A stretch of DNA of 62,832 bases, filler included, from Choristocarpus tenellus KU-1152 (taxonomy: Eukaryota; Protista; Phaeophyceae), in assembly GCA_964200185.2 (NCBI GenBank). It is 8 parts of 8 records of this genome, joined end to end, with 100 filler letters (N's around TTAATTAATTAA, not from the genome) between each part and the next. Parts side by side here need not be neighbours in the genome. Positions count along the whole stretch, not along the records: positions 35,282 to 55,500 come from CAXNAD020000411.1; 7 more parts are not named here. One strand, written 5' to 3'. A model generated the notes under the pieces. It saw only the letters and a list, made by a program, of their open reading frames with translations, was not told where the DNA came from and did not search any database. How positions within the stretch are numbered: position 1 is the stretch's first letter; the number at the start of each line of letters is the position of its first letter. Shown piece by piece: positions 42,101 to 55,349 of this stretch. A program made the translations under genes and the position numbers.

Positions 42101-45100
42101 ATCCTCTTGAGCACTTGCCTGTACATTGGGGGGTGGCCAGGCCTGGTCTGGCACCATAACGCCCAGGAGGACAGGCGAACAGCAGTCCTCCATCCGCGTA
42201 GTAACCAGATGGGGCAAGCAACTAATGTATAAGTGAGGAAGCATTAGTGGAAAAGGATTAGGGATGAAGAAAAACAGGTAGGGAATGATGTAGAGGAGAA
42301 AGAGGATCAGGGGGCATGGGAGTGAAGGGTTCACATAAGCTATATGTGATCGTTGTTCATTTTAGAATCTCTGGGCATCATGAACTATCCCTCATGAGTG
42401 AAAGTATCTTAGAGGGTACGAGTTTTTCCCTGTTTGTTCATTTGGGACTTGGCTTCCAACAGGCTTTTAATGAATTTTTACCTACTCCAAAATGTTTTTG
42501 AGTAGGTAAAATGTACACGTTATGAAAACGTGTGTCTGGAACAAGGATATTGACATCTAACAAATATTATAGCCAAAATTACATCGAAATTGCAACATTG
42601 GATTTTGGCCCCCAAATGGACGCAACTCTACCCTCTACGATACTTTGACTCTCATCAGTACAGCTACAGTGCACGATGTGAGAGTGTTGTCTGCAAAGGA
42701 AAGTGAGGTGGAGCGATGATCAGAGCGGGGCCATGTGACATTTTGGTGAGGGTTGGCAGTATGAGAGAGCAAGGAGTCACTGAGCACCTGCCCTGTTCTG
42801 ACCCTGGGCCCATCACTTCCCACAGTGTAGTAGCCCGTTTGTGCTTGGATCGGTTCAAACATTCCCCCAGGGCAGAATACGCTGGGAGCCTGTTGGCAGG
42901 ACATTGCATAGAAGTGAGTAAATTAGGATCAAGCTAACAGGATGTCAACCGCTCTTTCATGTGCTCAATTGACCTGGGAAAATATTGCCACTGCTAGATA
43001 TTTTATTGAATTAGTGTTAATAGTAAAAAATATGTGATACAGTGATGAGGAAGCAGTGCCACCAATGACTTCTTATGAAAGAGGAATTTCCTGATACTTC
43101 TGATCCAAAAATAAAAGTAAAGATCACAGCTCCTGAAGTAAGCTTAACAGGGAAGGAGGGCAGTGTATGGCAATATTTTGAAATTCGTTTGGATTGCTAG
43201 AAAGAAGAGCCAACGAGATGATGGAGGATAGTCTAGCTTTAACTCCTACACACGTGCGATATGGCCTATCCAAGGCTGGACCTTTCACATTGACATACTG
43301 TAACATGGAATAACTATATGCGAGAATCATGTATAACATAGAAGCACAACAAGCAACACACTCCTGCTACCTCTCTTTTTGTCCCATGCAACTCTACTGC
43401 GCACAACCAGTGTTGATGTTGACAAAGTGAAAAATAATGGTTCTGTAACAGATAGAGAGAAACCTCACCCCACAAAGTGTTTGAGTGGAAGACACACTCC
43501 CCTTCGGGCACAAATATCCTGGGGCGCATGGTGCTGTGCAGTTTGCTTGTGTTTCCCCAAAAGAACTGCCGTAAAAGCCTTGATTACAAGAAAGACGTAT
43601 CCCACCAGAACACCAATATCCGGGCTCACACAATGCCTCAGATGACCTTGCCAGGTTTAAGGTTTCATCACTGTCGCCAGAATGACCTCTCAATGTGTAG
43701 TGCCCATCCTGTACCTGTGGGTTCAGCATTCCATAGACTGAAACAGCTTTAGAATATCCCTTACATTTTTTTTTTCCATGGAGAATTAACATATTGCTGG
43801 GATGAGGAGATCCAGTGTGCCAGACTCAAAGTATCTGGGGGGGGTGGCGGCTGTCCATTTGGGGCCAATTTTTTCATGTCGCGATTTTTAGGTGATTTGG
43901 TTCATAAGTCGGATGGATAATGAAAGTGTAATTTTCCTGTTTTTGGCCCAAATGGATACCCTGGTGTAGAACCCCCCCCCTCCCCCCCCCTAGATACTTT
44001 GGGTCCCACTGTGCACAAAACAGTGTACCAGGAGTCCAAAAGTTGTTATTTGCAGCAAGTTCTAGAGCTATCAACCGCAGCATCTTCTGCCGCTCAGGAT
44101 TTCCAAAAGTGTGGTGTCTTCCTGGGATAACTGTTTTTACTACTTCATCACAATTTCGATTTTCAACAACGACTGAAAGAGATAAGTTGATTGGGAGGAT
44201 GGAACATCGGGTGGAGGAGAAGTCGGGCATATATTGACATAGAGCATTAACTGGGCAATTTTCTGCCATTCTTCAATGTTATAGTATCAAAGGGTAAAGT
44301 GGTGGTCAGAGGTTGTTGTGGGTGTATATATGACTTTGCTCTGCCTCCATTGGAAAATGTATCTAGAACTTGGCATAGGCGACTCACTGGTGTGGGTTGA
44401 GATGATCCCTCAGGGCAGAAGTGCCCTGGGCTGGTGCAGATTGTCTCATATGGAGTGGTGGCACCCTCGGCACAGTAGTACCCTGGAACGGATGATTGAG
44501 AGTAAAAATATCTTAGAGAGTACGAGTTTTGCCCTGTTTGTCTATCCCACCGGTTTTTTAAGACCTTTTTCTATTCCAAAATGTTTTGGAATTGGTAAAA
44601 AGTATACGTTTTCGAGTAGGAATAATGCATAAAAATGTGAAAAGGTGTGTCCGGAACAAGGATATTGATACTTCCTAACAAACACAATGGCCAAAACTAC
44701 ATCAAAATCGCAACATTGGATTTTGGCCCCCAAATGGATGCGGCTGTACCCTCTAAGTTACTTTTACTCTGAGGCATATAGGTTGTAGGGGTAAGGGCTA
44801 AGAAAAGCATTTCGGCATGGCACAGCAAGTCCACCATTGTTAGCTAACTCCTCGTCACTGTGGGTTCTAGTTCACGTTTTCATCAATAACTGATCCATTC
44901 TCTGTTGTTGTTAAAAGCACCCGCTATAACTTCAACTACAACTACTGCCCTCAAATTATATATCGGTAACAGTGACCACTTGCTTCGAATACATGTTAAC
45001 ATGTGCTCTCGGGGTATATTTGGAGAGCTATGTCCCAATGGGGACGCATTGTTCAGATGTATTTACCACTCCAGCTACAACTTCCTGATAATGTTGAGAG

Positions 45101-48100
45101 TGTAGACGTGGCAAGGACTACTAGGTAGGAGCAAAACAAAATTCGTGATACGTCAATCAAGGCAGCTGAAGAGTTGACTGTATTTCGTTTTTGACTCCTT
45201 GCAATTTCACTATATGCACAATTCAAACCAACAGGGGAATAAGAAGACAATAATGATCCAGCACATCCCTGAGTAATGGAGGCTGATCACTGTGCTCGTC
45301 AAATTGTCTCTGTGACATTCTGCATACCTGGGGCACAAAGACCTGAGCAGGTGGGGGAGGATGCACCTTCTGTATCCCCAAAGGTACCAGAGGGACATGG
45401 TTGCCGATTTCCTTCCACACAATAGAACCCTGGCTCACACAACGCCTGCAAAGGTGTGTGTTTGTAACTATGTCAGGACTGGGCAATATGGTTGCCATGT
45501 GCCACCCTTGAGATAAACACCTGGTTTCCCTGTTCAACAGATACCTCGAGGCTGGAATTGAGTATGTGGAGAAGGTAAGATATCGCCTACCTTCTTGAGA
45601 GATGCAGATCATTGTCCAAGACTTGCAAAAAAACCCATTCCATTTCTCAATAAATATGCCCACCAATTATTGTGACTGACTCTCAGGACAGTTAAACTTC
45701 CTTGAATTGAATAGCAGTGACACGTGGTGGATAAGGCAAGACATTGCCACAACTGTGTCCATGGTCTGATGCTGAAACTGGGTCTGGGGATACCCCATCC
45801 AAAAATCACATTGACTTGGGATGGCCTTGGCTTATGATTGTCAATGACCTGTGTAGTTCTGGTCTCAGTAATCGCTTGCCACAGGTGCCTGTCTCCTGTC
45901 ACTTCTCCCTGTAGAGTATAGAACCCCAGTGACACAAGGGTTGGCTCTGCAGCTCCCACAGGGCAGTATACAGAAGTGTTGCCGCACACATTCTGTTTGG
46001 GAAGGGATTGATTGGACTTAGAATATACTCATCATCTTGTGTCTGCAATACTCTCCCTTACGAGAAGGCACCACACATTAATTACTTGAGCATACGTTAG
46101 TTGTGGACTAAATCAGGTTTAGTGTCCTGCAAGAACAGCAACTCCAGCAAGTTGCTGGTCCATCTTGGGGTCACATGCACTGGTGTTAAATTTTCGTTGA
46201 CGCCGTTGCAAAACTTGCTTACATCCTGGCATGTGTTGAAAATCTTAACCCACTTCTCTGGAGATAACTTATTGGGATATCTCATATACTGTGTTCCTGA
46301 CTCCATTGTATGAGGTAAAATGTACCTGGTCAGATCGGTGACTTCCCTTTGGACAGTAGTGCCCTGCCCGACATGGCCCTGAGCATGAGGAGTTGGTTGA
46401 ACCCTGAGAACTTCCAAATCGACCAGGCGGGCATGGTCTTGCTATGCCTTCTAGGCAGTAACTCCCAATGGGGCATTGCACCTGTGATGAGAGGAATCGG
46501 AATTTGTTCGCTGACAAGCAGGGAGGCTTAAGTAGGGAGACAGAACCCTAGACCCCATACTCTGTCACCAATTCATATCATTGGCAGCTTCAGCACATAA
46601 CCCTCACCATTGACATCATCCACCAAACAATTGGCAGACTTGATTGGATGAGATTTAATCTCAGATTGTAAATCTTTATACAGGCATGAAGAGTCTGCAC
46701 CTGTTGAAGTATTGCATGCACAAAGAAGAGAACCCACAGCTGAGTTTGATCAAAAATATAATATTTATTCAATATATGAAAACAAAAAATCTTTTTTGAA
46801 GAGAGTGTAACTCCTTCGTTTCTCAGCCCACCTGAGATGTGTACCCGCCCCTAGTGTTTCCCATGCTCACAAGGCCCAATCCACTTGCATAGTAACCCCT
46901 CTGCACAGGCAATGGTCTACTGGAACCTTTTGGGCAGTAGTGGTCCGTACCATCACATGGCAAGGAGAATGGATCAACACTGCCAGCTGGGCAGTACCAC
47001 CCTTTTTTTGTGGAGAGGATGGAAAGGGGGTTGGACGTATCATAAGAAGGGACTTGAGGTAAGAGGAGTGAAATAAGGCCATGTTTAATGTACATGTACT
47101 CATCTCATTGAACCCCCCTCTATAAATTGCCAGTGTAGTGAAGCTCCTAACAACTGTAAATATCCTTTGTCAATCTCGGGTCACTTTGATCAAAGCTTGC
47201 TTTATTTTGCATGATGACAAGAATGACAGTGCACTCTATTGCCTTGAAAGATGATTGAAACAACTATCCACTGCTGAAGGAACAATTAATCTAGGATTAA
47301 TAGACTTGTCCTCAAACTTGAGATCTAACGTTTAGATCAAATTGTTTGCATCAGATCCCATCTTTCCATTTTCACTAAATATTTCCCAAAGGAGGCCAAG
47401 TTTGAGGGGGGAAGGAAATTTCTACAAATCGATTAACAATTTTGGTTTAATTGTTCTTTTCTATTGGAGCAAATATTGCTCTTCAGTCCATCGTCCCAAC
47501 CTCTCAAATTGTACTGTTATCTATCTTGGAATGTCTCTCTCAGGCAATCTGCTGGTTCAAACCTCCCACTGAATGGGGTGTGCAAATTTCAGCTATGTAT
47601 ATATCTTACCATGATGTCTCTCTACCGAGGGACCTTTAAGAGTGGCAAGCTACTCACCTGCAGAAGAAAGTAGGACTCATCCATCTACCATGCCCAAATT
47701 GTCCAAATTATTAGAGAATGCAACGTTGCGCTTGTGTGTACTATGCAACATTTCACATTTGGGAAATTAGTACCTCCAATTTTACTCCTACAAAGAACAA
47801 CTCAACTTTAAAACTCTGTCATCACCAAATATACCTTGCTAGCATGGAAATAACCACCTCAAATGCACAATAATATTGTGGGCTTGGGAGTATTGGGTGG
47901 ACTGGCTACTGCTGTTATTAAAGGCCAGCCAGTCAGACTGAATGGCCGAATAAAATTCAGTTGAGAACCTACGAGTGAAACTCTTGGTGTGTTTCTGTGT
48001 CCCTTATTTTGAAGTTTATCATAGAAGTTGCGAGGAGGTATTGATTACACAAATTGTTGCTGGTCAGAGATTCATTTGGTGGCGATGCATATATATTTCA

Positions 48101-49741
48101 TTTATGGTAGTTGCCTCTGTGACGAGAAGAGTCATGACCTCAGTTTGTCATGGACTGCTGTGGGCTTGATCAGTTATTTTGCCAGTTCATGGATGGAGTG
48201 CAGCCCCTTTCCAGGAGTATATTCACACATATTGATTGTTACTTCTCATTATTTCCTTAACCATCTATTTGCTGTTTGTGCATGTCACTCAGGAAGCAGA
48301 AGACTGCCACAAGGCTGCTAACGGTTTGGCCATGGGGAGCTCCGAGACTTTAGTGTGTTCATTCCTTGACAGGGCACAACCTTCAGCCGTTGTGGTCTAC
48401 AATGACAGCCTTCCTAATATCTTCTTGCCCCTGCTGTTGTAGCAGCCAGAAAAAAGGGCTGTAGTCAATCAAGGCAAGATAGACCTGCACGCAGTGCTTG
48501 GAGTGAGTAACTGTGCAGCAAGCCACCACCCCTTTCTCCCTCATCCACTATATCTCTGAGGACTATACAGAAGAGGAATTTTCGCTTGGAGGAGAGTTCA
48601 ATCAAGTGGTGGATGTGGTGCCCCCGTGGTATTATTTTCATGTGCTGAAGATTACGTGATAACATTTGAACTGAAAGGGTGGGCCTTGTATGACCCTTTT
48701 CTGATACTATGTAGAAAACGATCCACATGTTTCTATGCCCACTGTCGCTTCCTGAAACTACTAGCAAGATATGAAGTTGTTCACTTACACCCTCAACACC
48801 ACCACAATTCGTTGAAGGTGTGATCACCTGATGGGCAGATTCCGGAGCATCCTTCCTGCACAAGTCCTTCTGTCTCCCCGAACGTACCACCTGGGCAACT
48901 GAACAACATACCGTCTCTGCAGAAATGACCCTTTGGGCATACTCTTTGCCACTCCATCGGGGCTATGGAGCTAGGAACCCCCCGCTCAAACCCTTCTCCT
49001 CCGCTATAGTACCCCATAGACACGGTAATTGGGGCGGCCGTCCCTTGTGGGCAGTATACTGTGGCATTACCGCAGGTGGTGGGCCTGCAAGAGGACAAAG
49101 GAGATATCGTTGGCCGTAAGCACTTGATGCCCAATTTTTTTAGGAGTACGTCCTTCCACAGAGATAATGGTGGCAAGTAGAATTCAATTTTATCACCTGG
49201 AACTTCCTTCAGGACAGAAGTGCCCAGCTGGGCAGTAGCCAGAGCACGAGCTCTTGGTTTCCCCAGGTGAATCCCCAAATGTCCCCCCTGGGCAAGGAGT
49301 TCTCCGCCCATCGACACAAAAATATCCTACCTGGCAGGTCTTAAATCCTGCACACTGCCCCCATGGGCCCTGTGACAAAGATATGTGGGATCGATAGATG
49401 TCAACAGAGATCGGCAAGGACTTTTTCACTTGTTGGGGACAGCTTGAGGCCATGGTAAGGTCCATCAAGTTCACATTTTCTTGAATGCAATCTGCATTGA
49501 TCGGGGCATATTCTTCAGGTAGTATAGAATTCGTTGCAAATTATTCACTACATTCGACGTTGTTGAAGCATCTTCCCCTCCTAATTTCACTTGCATGTAT
49601 ATAGAGGGTCATAAACACCTTGTCGGAGGCGTATGTCCCCACGTAGCAACTTGGGAGGATATTTGCTGTGGCATGCAATAAGCCGACAAGGAAGGATGTG
49701 TATGTTGACAGCCCTGGGAGGATGAAGCGACGAGGGATCAT
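36180..49741 (-). CDS. Secreted cysteine-rich repeat protein (GCC2/GCC3, ephrin-receptor-like repeats), 20 exons, about 1140 aa
   Basis: Phase-consistent GT-AG exons 49741-49643 (signal-peptide-like; least certain), 49369-49197, 49084-48828, 47001-46832, 46481-46326, 45992-45849, 45445-45328, 44482-44388, 43714-43469, 42889-42788, 42221-41998, 41724-41636, 41475-41241, 40558-40402, 40045-39896, 38795-38571, 38166-37978, 37327-37175, 36767-36600, 36452-36180 (3423 nt). Repeated unit C-x-x-G-[FYH]-[YF]-C...CP-x-G-x-[YF]G...C-x-G-x-C-x-x-G-x-[YF]CP-x-GS; ends CRDSRRCCGY*. Confidence 0.92.
42396..42651 (-). mobile_element. MITE family A copy, intronic
   Basis: Inverted copy flanked by TCAT on both sides. 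Confidence 0.9.
43822..44006 (-). mobile_element. MITE family C, complete copy
   Basis: Ends CAAAGTATCTGGGG / CCCCTAGATACTTTGGG; subterminal CCCAAATGGATACCCTGGTGTAGA shared with three contig-end fragments. Confidence 0.8.
44500..44769 (-). mobile_element. MITE family A copy, intronic
   Basis: Inverted copy flanked by TGA on both sides; ends about 15 bp from a splice acceptor. Confidence 0.88.
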
Positions 49742-52191
49742 GATTCGATCATCATCCTCTCGTTGTGCAGACTCCAACTTGGTGTATTTGAAATATGCCG
49801 TGTCGGAGCTTTTCTAACGTTCTATTTATTCAACATGAGATTTCGTATGTGTGTTACTGTACACGACTGTTTCACGCCGGTTTCAACCTCTCATGTTGTA
49901 TACCAAATTGAAACATTTTTTGATCATGACGGAATTTCACACAGTAGTATTAATAGTGTAGACTTGGGAGGAAAATAACAACCACCATTAAAATAATATC
50001 AGAATGGCTGATACCTCCACCAAAACCAAGGAATACTTCAGGCGGAAGAAGCAACCTCCCAATATAGGACGTAATACAATCGTACAATAATATCATATAA
50101 TAGTAGTATATAGAGGGCATGCCCACACCATCTAGCATACAACTCAACAAAGACGTCTCTAAGAGAGATTATAATCTCTGTCCTGAACAATAGCGATCGA
50201 CAAGAAGTAACTCTAAGTCTGCTCGCATGAGACCACTCCCAAAGGTCTTCCCTCCAAACGCATAGAAGAGGCAATAAACATCACCTACAAAATATAGTTG
50301 CACATTCAATTGACCGTAACTAGGAAGGGAAGCCACTGAGACCCCAAAACCTAGGAAGCAGTGACTACAGCATTTCGCCTCTAGTACTACCTATCATTTC
50401 CCCCTTACCACCAAAGACTAGAGAAAACAATGAAGTTTGGGGTACTATTTATTATAGAAATAATAATAAAAAGAAATAGTCTGGAACATTTTTACATTTT
50501 CTTATACATACACTAATATAATGAGTACAGTATCTGTAGATATAATACTACAAAAATATAATTATAATATTGAAACTGCATCCAGATCTCTGGATCTCAA
50601 CGTTAACCGAACAAGACACAACACAAAGTCACAGATTGCTTTTTTTGTGTTCCAATGCACACAAAATCTTCACGAGGAAGGTGTTGAGGTAATATACCAT
50701 TTTGTACAAGAGAGCGCAAAAAAAATCCCCTTGTATGAGCTACATTTTTTGGGGTTAACTACAGTATCAACACAGTATTTCACATCCATCAACTTTCAAC
50801 CTTTCGTAACACCAATCGACCCAGAAAAAAAATCGAAACAGGAAGGTCAGAAATAACTTCCTGCAAACAACCTTCTGTGCTTCAGAGCTGAACCACGGTC
50901 AATGCATACCTTGTTCGATAAGTGGAAGAAGTAGATGTAGCTGCATGCCTAAGGAGAAACCAGTAACTCATTCACCATGATATTACTACTACGCTTTCCC
51001 TCTAGGGAGAGCAGTCCGCCTTTCACTGAGCATTTGTAAGAAAAACAATGAGCTATCTCTATCCTCAAAGAGCATATTCTGAATCACAATAGAGACAGCA
51101 TATACCCTTAAGCCTGATGGTTCGTCGTTAGTCCACTCTAACAGTCGATCTGTTCACAATCATAATGGTATTATGTAACAGGATTAGGAACCTCCAAACT
51201 TAAGAATGAACAAGGAGGATGCGGTGGTTTGAGGGATTGAGTTTTACCTGGTACTTGCAAACTGAAGTTCGAGGAAGATTTCCAGCTGGCACAGCAGATA
51301 GGCGGTCCCATCCTTACAACCCACATATTATTAATGGTGTTGTGGACACAGACACTTCCAATATTACTCATCTCTTTAGCGACATAAAAACACAAATCTC
51401 AACAGAAACCTGATGTTTTCTGCTATCTTTCTTGAGCCAATCAGGTGCTTCATGTTGCTCCCTTCGGCAATGACAGCAGCTCTACTGTCTACATACTGAG
51501 TATACTTCAAAGCATATGTAAAAATCAAACATTGGAGATGTAGGTGAGACACGGCAGAATGGTGTCACATTGGAACCTAGAGATAACCATGTTGATATTG
51601 ATGACAGTTTTATCACATGAGACAGACACACTCATTAAGGTAAGACTTGCACAAGAGAGGATAGTTGATGTCTCTCAACCTCACAGGAGTTACAGAGAGA
51701 GAACAATTACGTGGTGTTGGATAGGATTCAAATCACACACAACACCGATGACCACATTGAAGATGGAACAAGACAAAGTTTTGCAGTTAGACATACTTTG
51801 CACTCTTCCTTGAGCCTTCAGGGAGGTGCTGGCTTGTTTGAGTCCATACTGGACATGAGGTGCAAACACATGCAACGTGTGTAGGCATTGTCCAATACAT
51901 TGACAGCACACTGAGCTTGGAGGACAAATGTTTCCTGCTCTAGCGCCCCAAACACAGTGGTCGAGAGGGCACGCACACTCCTTCACAAGCTGAGTAAGTT
52001 CCTGACACCAAAAATGTGCCACCAAAATGATTGCACCACCTGGGAAGCAACGAGCAACAAAACAGCCCCATCCTCCCTAATGAAACAAAAGCTTGGGCTT
52101 CCCCTAACAAGAACAGTTTTTCACCATCCAGCAGAGAAGGCCTCCGCTCTCCACAGTTGCACTCTACTTCAAAGAATAGTATAACGATACT

Positions 52192-55158
52192 TCATATCCT
52201 TACATACACATAAACCCATGCCATCTGCCAGCTCATACGGAACACACCTTCGTACACCAAGCGAATCGCTGAATGGGGAGAGCTACAAATGTCGTTGGGC
52301 GCAATCCTCTCCTTTTGGGTTGAGTCCAGTCCACAAGAACTGTTGTTGTGTTCTTTTGTACCAACCAGTGGGCTTACGTCAGGAATTTTCTTCAGTGATA
52401 TAATTCGGGCACCTGTGGCCAGCTTGCATACAGCAACAGCTATGGCAGTCATCATCTCGTTGTCAAATAGAAGGGATGCCATATATACCACTCCAGCGTT
52501 CTCCCTGAAACAAGATACAAGAAATAAGAGAGGGTTGCGTTGGGGTGGGATGGAATGGGTTAAGGTGTTGCGATCTGTCAGGGACGTACTGTACTTAGGT
52601 TAGTCAGGGCTAGTGTGTCAGTTGGAAGACTATTGTGGCTGTTGTATGTGAGCGCAAAAGAAAAGAAAGACACAAACTATGCGTAGGCAGGTAAAAGGAA
52701 TAGGGGAGACAAAAATATTTCATGTACCAGAACTCACACCTGATCAAGATCCAAGACAGAGAGATCAAAGCAGCCCTAGCTCAAGTCGGGATAACAGTAA
52801 TGTTTGTGGTTGAGCATTTGTCTGGACAGTATAAGCCACACTGCACTGTGCTTGATACATGTGCTTGATACAAGCCCCCTTGAGCAAACACACACACAGT
52901 GCCAATGTAAACTGAATAGGAGAAACGAGAATTTGCTCACTTCCTCTATAAAATGCAAAGGAAGATGATTGAGAGATCAAAGGAGGGAATTGAGCATTGC
53001 AGGAGGCCCATCCTACAGGGACAAGATATGATACAGCACCTTGGCCTCCTCAAATCACACAGACTGTTCCCAGCTCTCACCATTGCTCCGTTAATATATC
53101 ACCACACACCAGCTCCACACTCTCTAAGGATGCCGTTGATAGAGGTCCTTGCCTTGCATGTGCTGGGGGGAAAGCATCTTCATTCACTCCCTGACTGGAG
53201 TCGTCTGTTGCCACCCCTGAAGCCAATGATGGTACAGGAGTGTGAAGTGACGCCGAAAGTGATTGGGAAGATGAAAATCGATCACATTGGTCACTATCCA
53301 GTGCTGATTCGTGGTTCAAGTCTGAGGCCGGGGGAATGTGATCTTCACTGTCCACCCTGGCAGCATCAGCTTTTATCGGACTAGGCAGTGGTTGACATCC
53401 CTTGGATCCCAAGACAACTGACGACTTGGTCAGGGACGTTGCCTCAGGTGGCACCTCTCCCCCTTCAGTTGGAGTAATACCCTTGCTGATCACAGAGATG
53501 CCAAGGTTGAGTTCTCCAGAACTTTTCAACACAGATAAAGATACATCATCCCTCGGAGTGCAGCACATTGTTGTTGGCACTGCCCTGCTTTCATAGAAAT
53601 GCCCACTGCTAACTAAATCTCCAGGAGCAGGAAATATGTCCTCTTCAAAACTTTCAATACTCTGGTCCAGCAATGCGTCCCTACAATCACACGCATCCTC
53701 ACCCATGCAGTCACTACTTCTTCCGGAGCAACCAGGTCGAAATGAGGGAGAGACAAGTTGAACAAGGCTGCGTTCACGGTCCATTGTCAGCAAGACCCCA
53801 CCTTCTTGACATCTGTTCTCTAGAAATTTCTGGAGTCCCCCCAAGCCCCGAAGACTAGCCTTGTACCTACACCATGCACGAGGAAGGGATACAGGCTGAG
53901 AGAGGCTATCGCAAGTCTAGATAGTGGAGTACTCTTTGCGACCCGGACAACACAGGCGAGCATCCCGGTTGATCTTTGGGGGCATGTCAGACATCTGTAC
54001 AACTCTCAAGTGTAAATGAGAAGAAATTGGCGATGCACATATCACACCTTAATTATAACAGCAGAAGACCCACAAAATGTGACCCGTCAGACCTGCAGGA
54101 GGATAATTTCATACCTCCTGAACTTGAGAAGGACTGGGTGAGGGACGCAACTTCAGCTAGCTGTTTGCTCAGACTCCGATTGAGCACACCAGTGAATCCC
54201 TCATCCCCAATCCAACAAGCTTGCTTGCCTTCTATGTCCGAGTGCATCCACGAGCATCGATGCAATACTCTGCACAGTCGTCCCTGCACTCTTGTCATTG
54301 TCAAGGTCAGACTGGAGGGATTTTTCCAGCATGTCTGCAATTAGTCTCTCGAGATCTGACGGACTCAGACCCTCTGTCCCCCGCAAACCGCCCCCCACAT
54401 TTTTCCCAGTTTTAGATCCACGCCGCCTTCCCTTTCCTGCATGTCTCCCTTCCTCAGGTATAGAGTCAACCACTTCAACTGCAACAGGTTGGCAGGATTC
54501 ATCCAAGGCAAGTCGGGCTCTAGCCAGGAAGTGGTCGGCGGCATTGGCAAGGCTCTCCACCAGTTCAATGCCAATACACTGTGGGGGAGAGTATAGTAAA
54601 GAAGGGGTTGGAGGCTGATAGTTCATAAGAAGAATGGTATGCCACATGGATTCACGTTGTTTGCGATGGAGACTTCCTGCAATTTAACTCGCAAACAATT
54701 GTACACACCTTAGAAAAGTTAGGGAACCCCAGAGCAGCGGCGAGAACGGCTTTGCCTGTCCCTGATCCAAGATCTACAAATATTTCACCTGGCTGGGGCT
54801 TGGTAATATTGAGTAGATCGAGGAAGGCTGGGACATCCACCTGCAAGGTATGGGAGTTAAGACAGATACATCGAGTAGGTTGAACCTGATGAGTCACCAT
54901 CATGTTACGCATCAACGACCCACTCCTCCCCAAAAATCTATCAAGTAATTACATAGGAATATCTCTGGTAGTATCTAAACCTGTTCAACGTAACTCTCCG
55001 TAGGTCAGAAAATTCGTGCTAGAGAGGCGACCTTTACGGTGTTCCCTGGACAACGCCATTCCATTCAAATCCGGAACTCGACGGCGGGCAAACAGCCACC
55101 GCAAAAGCACAATTGTCTGTTTCCTCCGTGCAACCCTGAGCTTCGTTTCTGGACGCAT
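52192..55158 (-). CDS. DOT1-like class I SAM-dependent methyltransferase with large internal insertion, about 581 aa
   Basis: Exons 55158-54994 (LTYGE), 54840-54709 (EIFVDLGSGTGKAVLAAA, motif I), 54578-54229 (CIGIEL), 53866-53081 (ELVCGDIL), 52504-52192 (VVYMASLLF...GARIISLK...MSW...VYVY*). Phases are consistent if intron 1 starts TT and intron 3 starts GC. Confidence 0.8.
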
Positions 55159-55349
55159 GATCAACACGATGAGATGTCGCTAATATGTCCACAAATAGAA
55201 GTAAAATAGTAGCAATTGTTGTTGAGGTGAGAGGGTGACTCTGTGGCGCTTCAGGAATCGATTATTATTTTTTGTTTCAACATAAATACATACCGGTATA
55301 TTACCTCACCAAAAATAGTCGTAGTATTCGTTGAATTACTCTGTGACAT

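Noticed and set aside
47650-47670. CAG|GTGAGT inside an intron, suggesting a recursive splice site or micro-exon
   Set aside because: The flanking exons join in frame without it, and a single motif is not enough evidence.
49990-51420. Possible small gene between the Cys-rich and methyltransferase genes
   Set aside because: I could not build a convincing phase-consistent model or recognise a domain.
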